NCBI GenBank assembly: GCA_046155365.1
Contig: JBJXFH010000102.1
Span: forward strand, 17,651 to 81,650
DNA from: Acidimicrobiales bacterium
Lineage (GTDB): Bacteria; Actinomycetota; Acidimicrobiia; Acidimicrobiales; CAIXPF01
Reading direction: 5' to 3'
DNA: 64,000 bases
The translations under genes and the position numbers were made by a program. Every line of letters starts with the position of its first letter. The stretch's first letter is position 1. Positions 59,240-64,000 of the stretch are shown in pieces. The notes under the pieces were generated by a model, which saw nothing but the letters and a program-made list of their open reading frames with translations, was not told where the DNA came from and searched no databases.

Positions 59240-62125
59240 CTACAGGCTGGTGAGTGCATCGATCGCGGCGTCGACGGCGTCGAGCAGTTCGCTGGAATGC
59301 TCGGCCGCGTGGCCGTCCAGGGTCCCATGCCAACCATCGCCGTAAAGGCGGTCGAGCTCTCGGTTCAAGCCGAGCGAGCTTCTCCCGACGTGCGCGCCGG
59401 ACCGCCTGGCGAGCGCGAGTCCCTCTTCGGCGCGGCCGGCGTGCGCCAGGCAAACGGCTGCGGCCCAAAGGCCCATTCGTGCCCCTTGACGGAACCGTTG
59501 GGAGCGGCTGCGCTCGAGAACCTCGACGGTCGCAGCAACGGCGATATGCCGCTCGCTGCCCAGCACGAGGGCGGCCATGCGATAGCCGAGCGGGGCGATA
59601 GCGATCCAGCCCACGACCGGCAGGGGTTCCAGCACGTCGACGGCGCGTTCCGTGAGCTCAATCGCGTCGCTTGGACGGTCGACGCCGACGATCTGTGCTT
59701 TGAGCACCAGCACGTAGCTGAGCAGCGTCGGTGCACGCGACCGCACCGCCAACTTCAACGCCCGCTCGCACCATTCGGCAGCATCGACCCTCGGGTCTTG
59801 CAACCAAAGCGCGTAGTAGGAGCGAACCGCTGGCGCGAGGACCATCGAGTCTGCGTCTTCGCCCGGCTGTTCAGACCAGGCGCGGGAGATCTCGTTCGCC
59901 AGTACGCCGCCGCCGACGGCCTGGGCACGCATGAACGCGGCGAGATGGAACGGCGCGTTCCCAGCAGCGTCGCGAAGCCGCGACCAGTCTCCGACCGCTC
60001 GGCCGGTCTCGGCAAGATCGCCCAAGATCCAGTAGGCGTGGATCCCCCAAGCTCCTCTGGCGGCCGCCTCGGAAGGGTGGCCATTGAGAATGCCGGCCTC
60101 GACTGCGTCGCGCGCCCAGACACCGAGTTCGCTGTTCCCGGCGAAAAGGCCGTAGAACGCGAGCGCCTTGCACAATCGGCCGATCAGCTCGCAGTCTTTG
60201 GTCTGCACGGCGGTCTGAAAGGCGAGGCGGGTGTTCGGCCAGTTCTCGGTGATCGCGGCCCACGCGTGCGGTTCGTCGGCGCTCCAGGTCTGTCGTCGCG
60301 CTGCTTCCGCGACCGTCGTGAAGTGTGCGGCGTGCGCCCAACGGCGTTGATCGGTCTCTTGGCGCCCGTCGAGTTGTTCGGCTGCGAACTGGCGCAGTGT
60401 CTCCAGCATCGCGAACCGCGGGGCGCCACCGGAGTCGACCCGCACCAGCATCGCCTTATTGATCAGAGCGGTGACCAACTCCGCCGCCCGTGCTAGGTCG
60501 CCGTCGAGACCGCCAACCACGGCGATCGATGCAAGGTCGAAGCTGCTCACGAAGACCGATGCCGCGTCGAACAGCGCCCGTTCCGATGGGGTGAGCAAGT
60601 CGTAGGACCATCCCATCGCTCGACGGAGGGAGCGGTGCCGCTCGGGACGATCGCGGCCGGACGACACGTCGAGCAGCTCAGCGCTGGTGAGCTGCTGTGC
60701 GACCGCGGTCGCCCCGAACGCTCGTACCCGCGAGGCCGCAAGTTCAATGGCGAGCGGCAGGCCATCGAGTCGAGCGCAGAGCTCACCGATCACTGCACGT
60801 TCGTCATCCGACGCTTGGAATGTCACATCCGCCGCGTGGGCCCGTGCGCAGAACAACTCGACCCCTTCAGTTCGAGCGTCGAGCGGTTCGACCGGCCAGA
60901 CTTGCTCGATAGCCAGTCCGAGAGGCGCACGGCTGGTGGCGACGATCGCGATCCTTCGTGTTCCGCGTATCAGCCGATCGATGAGCGCCGCCGCAGCGTC
61001 GATCACGTGCTCGCAGTTGTCGATCACGAGCAGTATCGATTGATCCAGCAGCGCCTGAGCGAGAGCGTCCTGCGGTGCGACGTCGGCCAGCTCGCTGACA
61101 CCGAGCATGGCGGCGACGACCGCTGCGAGGCCCGCCGGGTTGCTGAGCGTAGAAAGATCAACGAAGTGACAGCCGTCTGGGAACCTCGCCGTAGCCCGGG
61201 CCAGTAGTTCGTCGGCTAGGCGTGTCTTGCCGATCCCACCTGGGCCCACCAACGTGATCAGCCGTAGGACGCTCAGCGCCGCGCTCAGCGAATCCAACGA
61301 AGCTGCCCGTCCGATCAAGCCCGTCGAGCCGGACCGTTGATGACTAAGGCTCAAGGGCGTAACTCGGGGTTCGACGACCCCGAGCACGGCGGTGTCCTGC
61401 GCAAGGACCGCCGCCTCAACACGGCGCAGCTCCGCGGACGGCTCGACCCCGAGCTCCTCGACCATGAGCGCTCGAGCGCGTTGATACGCGTCAAGCGCAT
61501 CGGCCTGACGGCCCGCGCGCCAATACGCCGTCATCAACATCGCCCAAAGCCGCTCGCGTAACGGCCAGAGAGCAGTCAACGACAGCAGCTCTGCGATCAG
61601 TTCGGGGAGGCGGCCGCCCAATGCCAACCATGCCTCAGCCCGCCCGGCCAACAGATCGCCGCGCAGCTCTTCCAGGCGGGTTTGCTCAACGGAGAGCTCT
61701 TCAAGCTCGACGAGCTCTCCATAGGGGCGACCCCGCCAGAGCAGCAGAGCGGACTCCGCCAGACGACATGCCTCCACCGGATGGATAGCCAACACTGAAC
61801 TCGCTTGCCCGGCAAGAGCCTCGAACCGAGCGACGTCGAGATCCAACGCATCCACGACCAGCCGATACGCACCCGGCCTGGTCTCCAGCGTTGCGCAACC
61901 CGACAACATCTCCCGCAGCCGATGGACCTCACTTCGCAACGCCCGCCTCGCGCTGCTCGGTTCCAGGTTTGTCCACAGACGATCGATGAGCAGATCAACC
62001 GACACGTCAGTGTCCCGCCGAGCTACCAGCACGCCCAACAGGCTCTGGCGACGGACACCGGCCACCGTGCGGGGCACCCCGCTGACGACCACCTCCGGAG
62101 TGCCCAACACCAACAGCCGGCCCAT
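59240..62125 (-). CDS. SARP (AfsR/DnrI/RedD-type) regulator: OmpR-like winged helix + BTAD + NB-ARC-like P-loop NTPase + TPR-like C-terminus
   Basis: ORF 59240-62125 (961 aa). The N-terminal wHTH has LLGVLVARRDTDVSVDLLIDRLW. BTAD region: DLDVARFEAL...LLWRGRPYGEL...ERLWAMLMTAYWRAGRQADALDAYQRARALMVEELGVEPSAELR. Walker A VGPGGIGKTRLA, Walker B LLVIDNCEHV, and helical repeats to the end. Confidence 0.85.
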   Translation of the reverse strand: MGRLLVLGTPEVVVSGVPRTVAGVRRQSLLGVLVARRDTDVSVDLLIDRLWTNLEPSSARRALRSEVHRLREMLSGCATLETRPGAYRLVVDALDLDVARFEALAGQASSVLAIHPVEACRLAESALLLWRGRPYGELVELEELSVEQTRLEELRGDLLAGRAEAWLALGGRLPELIAELLSLTALWPLRERLWAMLMTAYWRAGRQADALDAYQRARALMVEELGVEPSAELRRVEAAVLAQDTAVLGVVEPRVTPLSLSHQRSGSTGLIGRAASLDSLSAALSVLRLITLVGPGGIGKTRLADELLARATARFPDGCHFVDLSTLSNPAGLAAVVAAMLGVSELADVAPQDALAQALLDQSILLVIDNCEHVIDAAAALIDRLIRGTRRIAIVATSRAPLGLAIEQVWPVEPLDARTEGVELFCARAHAADVTFQASDDERAVIGELCARLDGLPLAIELAASRVRAFGATAVAQQLTSAELLDVSSGRDRPERHRSLRRAMGWSYDLLTPSERALFDAASVFVSSFDLASIAVVGGLDGDLARAAELVTALINKAMLVRVDSGGAPRFAMLETLRQFAAEQLDGRQETDQRRWAHAAHFTTVAEAARRQTWSADEPHAWAAITENWPNTRLAFQTAVQTKDCELIGRLCKALAFYGLFAGNSELGVWARDAVEAGILNGHPSEAAARGAWGIHAYWILGDLAETGRAVGDWSRLRDAAGNAPFHLAAFMRAQAVGGGVLANEISRAWSEQPGEDADSMVLAPAVRSYYALWLQDPRVDAAEWCERALKLAVRSRAPTLLSYVLVLKAQIVGVDRPSDAIELTERAVDVLEPLPVVGWIAIAPLGYRMAALVLGSERHIAVAATVEVLERSRSQRFRQGARMGLWAAAVCLAHAGRAEEGLALARRSGAHVGRSSLGLNRELDRLYGDGWHGTLDGHAAEHSSELLDAVDAAIDALTSL

Positions 62126-62369
62126 CGCCGCACAATACGTTCACCATGCCAACCGCGAAGGACAACACGATCAAGACCACGGCGGGAACGGCCCGACTAC
62201 AGCCACCGCCGGCCTCTCCACAACCCCACCCCAAGGTTCCTCGCCTGAACGCCCTTCGGCGCCGGACCCCGGATGCCGCACTCCACGGACAATCCAGGCC
62301 GCAGGCCGGGCATAGGCTACGTACCGCCGGTTCCCGGTCGGCCCTGTCCGAAGATGAGGCGCCGGCGTT

Positions 62370-63539
62370 CTAGAACGCAGGGCTCAATGGGTCGCCGCCG
62401 GCGAGCACGCGGGCCACGTCGCGTTGAACGCCGCGAAGGGACTCCGTCGAGGCGGCGGCAGCGTGGATGTCTCGCAGCGCCCGTTCGACCCGATTGCGAG
62501 TCCGATAGGCCCCATGAGTCGCTATCGAATACAGGTTCGACACCTGATGGCGCGTGCTGTCTGAAATATGGAACATCGCCCCAAAGCCACGCGCCCGCGT
62601 TGACAGCGGCACCTCTCCCTGCTCTGCAGCCGACCACAGTTCGTCAGCGATGGCGAACCAGCTGGAGCGCATCGCGTCGAGCGCCGCTTCCGCCTCGGCG
62701 ATCACTTGCTGGAAGCGTGGCTGATCCGCATGGCGGCCGCCGTGCAGGTCCGACACCGCCTCGCCGGCCAGCTCCCACACCCCGTCGATCGCGGTGCGCA
62801 ACACCCCGAGCTGCAGAGATGCCATCATCCCGCCGAACCCCAACGGCCGCGAAATGTTGTTCATCGGACGGTCGATCAACGGTGGAGCCGTCCACCCGAC
62901 CACAAACTGGTTCGCAACGTATACGTCTTCGACCCGAACAGGGTTGCTGCCGGTGCCGCGCATGGCACTCGAGGCAGACCACGTGTGCTCAATCTGAACG
63001 TCGGAACTCGGCACGACGAACACCCGCGCTGCGCCAGAGCCATACTGCGCCGCGGAGCCAGTGCCATCGTCGATCAACCCGCTCAACACGAGCCAACGAG
63101 CATGGTCAGACCCGGTCACGAAGGGCCATCGGCCTCGAAGGCGGAACCCGCCATCGACGGCAAGCGCCCGACCTACCGGTACGGCGCCGTTCCCGTAGGG
63201 ATAGCTGGGATCCGCGTACACCTGCGCACGAACCGTCGCATCGAGTCGCACCGACAGAAGCCCAGCTATACCCGAGTTCGCGACGTGCCACGCGACCGTC
63301 GGATCTGCCTCCGACAGCAACTCGACAGTCCGCCAAAGATCAGGAAGCGTGAGATCCATCCCGCCGCATTCGGCCGGTGCGACTGCGGCAAACAGCCTTG
63401 CCTCGCCCAGAGCGTCGCGCGCGTCGTCATGCATGCGGGCATCACGCTCAGCATCGTCCCGATGCGCGGCAACGACCTCATGGACCGCTCGAGCTGCCGT
63501 GACCCCCGGTTCCTCGCTGACAGCCGCTGTTATCGCCAT
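62370..63539 (-). CDS. acyl-CoA dehydrogenase-fold protein (possibly flavin-dependent monooxygenase type)
   Basis: ORF 62370-63539. It shows ACAD N-terminal, middle and C-terminal domain patterns (LFAAVAPAECGGMDL, GAVPVGRALAVDGGFRLRGRWPFVTGS, RDIHAAAAS). I could not confirm a clear catalytic Glu by eye. Confidence 0.8.
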   Translation of the reverse strand: MAITAAVSEEPGVTAARAVHEVVAAHRDDAERDARMHDDARDALGEARLFAAVAPAECGGMDLTLPDLWRTVELLSEADPTVAWHVANSGIAGLLSVRLDATVRAQVYADPSYPYGNGAVPVGRALAVDGGFRLRGRWPFVTGSDHARWLVLSGLIDDGTGSAAQYGSGAARVFVVPSSDVQIEHTWSASSAMRGTGSNPVRVEDVYVANQFVVGWTAPPLIDRPMNNISRPLGFGGMMASLQLGVLRTAIDGVWELAGEAVSDLHGGRHADQPRFQQVIAEAEAALDAMRSSWFAIADELWSAAEQGEVPLSTRARGFGAMFHISDSTRHQVSNLYSIATHGAYRTRNRVERALRDIHAAAASTESLRGVQRDVARVLAGGDPLSPAF

Positions 63540-63940
63540 AGCAATTCCCTTCCAAGTAGATATGCGACAAACCTACAGATCTGGTACCACCGACGCTGTT
63601 CCGCCGATATTCGGCCCCTACGTTGCGCCGTCAGCACACGCCGCCACGGGGACGGGGTCGAGGTTTGCCAAGAGTGGGGCTGCGATCTGTTGGGCCGTCG
63701 ACCCGTGATGTGGACGCGGTGTGGGAGCCCCATGGCGCGGTTCTGGAGGAAGCGCAGGCCACCGCTCAAGCGTTGGGGTTGCCACGTTGGTGGTTGCATG
63801 ATCAGCGAGCGCGTATCTGCCTGGGGGTGCGCACCGGGGCACGCCCGCCAAGCCGTCGGGTTTTTCGGTGATGTGTTCGAACGTTACGACGGCGATGCCA
63901 ATGCTGTTTTCAACGGGGCAGCGCCGGTACCCTTGGCCAG

Positions 63941-64000
63941 ATGAGCGACGCCGCGCAGTACCGAGACGGGCCAGCTCACGGCACGGCGCTGCTGCCCGCG
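63941..64000 (+). CDS. possible start of a protein-coding gene (5' fragment only)
   Basis: ATG 63941 followed by 19 open codons to the window edge (MSDAAQYRDGPAHGTALLPA), with mostly G/C third positions. Too short to classify. Confidence 0.25.
   Translation, partial: MSDAAQYRDGPAHGTALLPA

Larger units (their letters stand above)
55957..64000. mobile_element. probable integrated genomic island at the 3' end of tRNA-Ala (right boundary not in window)
   Basis: The tRNA 3' end is directly followed by an integrase gene. The cargo is accessory-type (methyltransferase, isochorismatase-family hydrolase, SARP regulator, ACAD-fold enzyme). More A/T-ending codons (gaa, gat, cga, gca) appear here than in the upstream core genes by eye. 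No att direct repeat was found within the window. Confidence 0.45.

Noticed and set aside
63618-63940. Possible minus-strand coding remnant upstream of the ACAD-fold gene (…VENSIGIAVVTFEHITEKPDGLAGV…)
   Set aside because: The third-position G/C bias is good for only ~25 codons. There is no convincing start, the upstream part of the frame looks non-coding, and an equally plausible antisense frame exists. The evidence is insufficient to call a feature.
55957-64000. Clear GC-content drop as proof that the island is foreign
   Set aside because: Hand counts of individual 60-nt lines gave overlapping ranges for island and core. I only retain a qualitative impression of more A/T-ending codons, and a computed GC3/codon-usage profile is required.

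Overview
This is a densely coding, very GC-rich window (roughly 65-72% GC by hand spot counts of single lines, not computed). Its gene content looks actinobacterial: a mycoredoxin-like CGFC redoxin, an Rpf-type transglycosylase, two luciferase-like (F420-type) oxidoreductases and a SARP regulator. I support about 57 protein-coding genes and one tRNA-Ala(CGC). I found no rRNA, CRISPR array or transposase. All product calls come from motifs read by eye in the supplied translations; no searches were run.

Most of the window (1-55.9 kb) is housekeeping and envelope or lipid metabolism:
- Peptidases of the M20, S9, S49/SppA, M50, M10 and TldD/PmbA families.
- Beta-oxidation-type enzymes, dxs, galU, mtnP and moeA-moaA-moaC.
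- Two RDD proteins and two OmpA-like proteins.

The most unusual loci are:
1. 39.5-46.0 kb: a head-to-head pair of paralogous proteins of more than 1000 aa, each with a cyclase-like domain, a P-loop (STAND-like) NTPase and a TPR-like region. In both, a canonical catalytic Asn of the cyclase domain appears replaced, and neither has an output HTH.
2. 55.9 kb to the right edge: tRNA-Ala followed by a frameshifted tyrosine integrase whose reading frame runs back into the tRNA. This opens a probable integrated island carrying a methyltransferase, an isochorismatase-family hydrolase, a SARP/NB-ARC/TPR regulator and an acyl-CoA-dehydrogenase-fold enzyme.
3. 28.0-31.5 kb: a HMG-CoA-synthase-like/DUF35-like fusion that appears to lack the nucleophilic Cys and the Zn-ribbon cysteines. 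A PIN/RHH toxin-antitoxin pair on the opposite strand separates it from its thiolase partner.
4. Recurrent Pro/Gly-rich tails on membrane proteins lying next to a GYF_2-like module.
5. Several exact short tandem repeats, both intergenic and in low-complexity coding tails.

Many long ORFs in the track are antisense shadows typical of high-GC DNA and were rejected.
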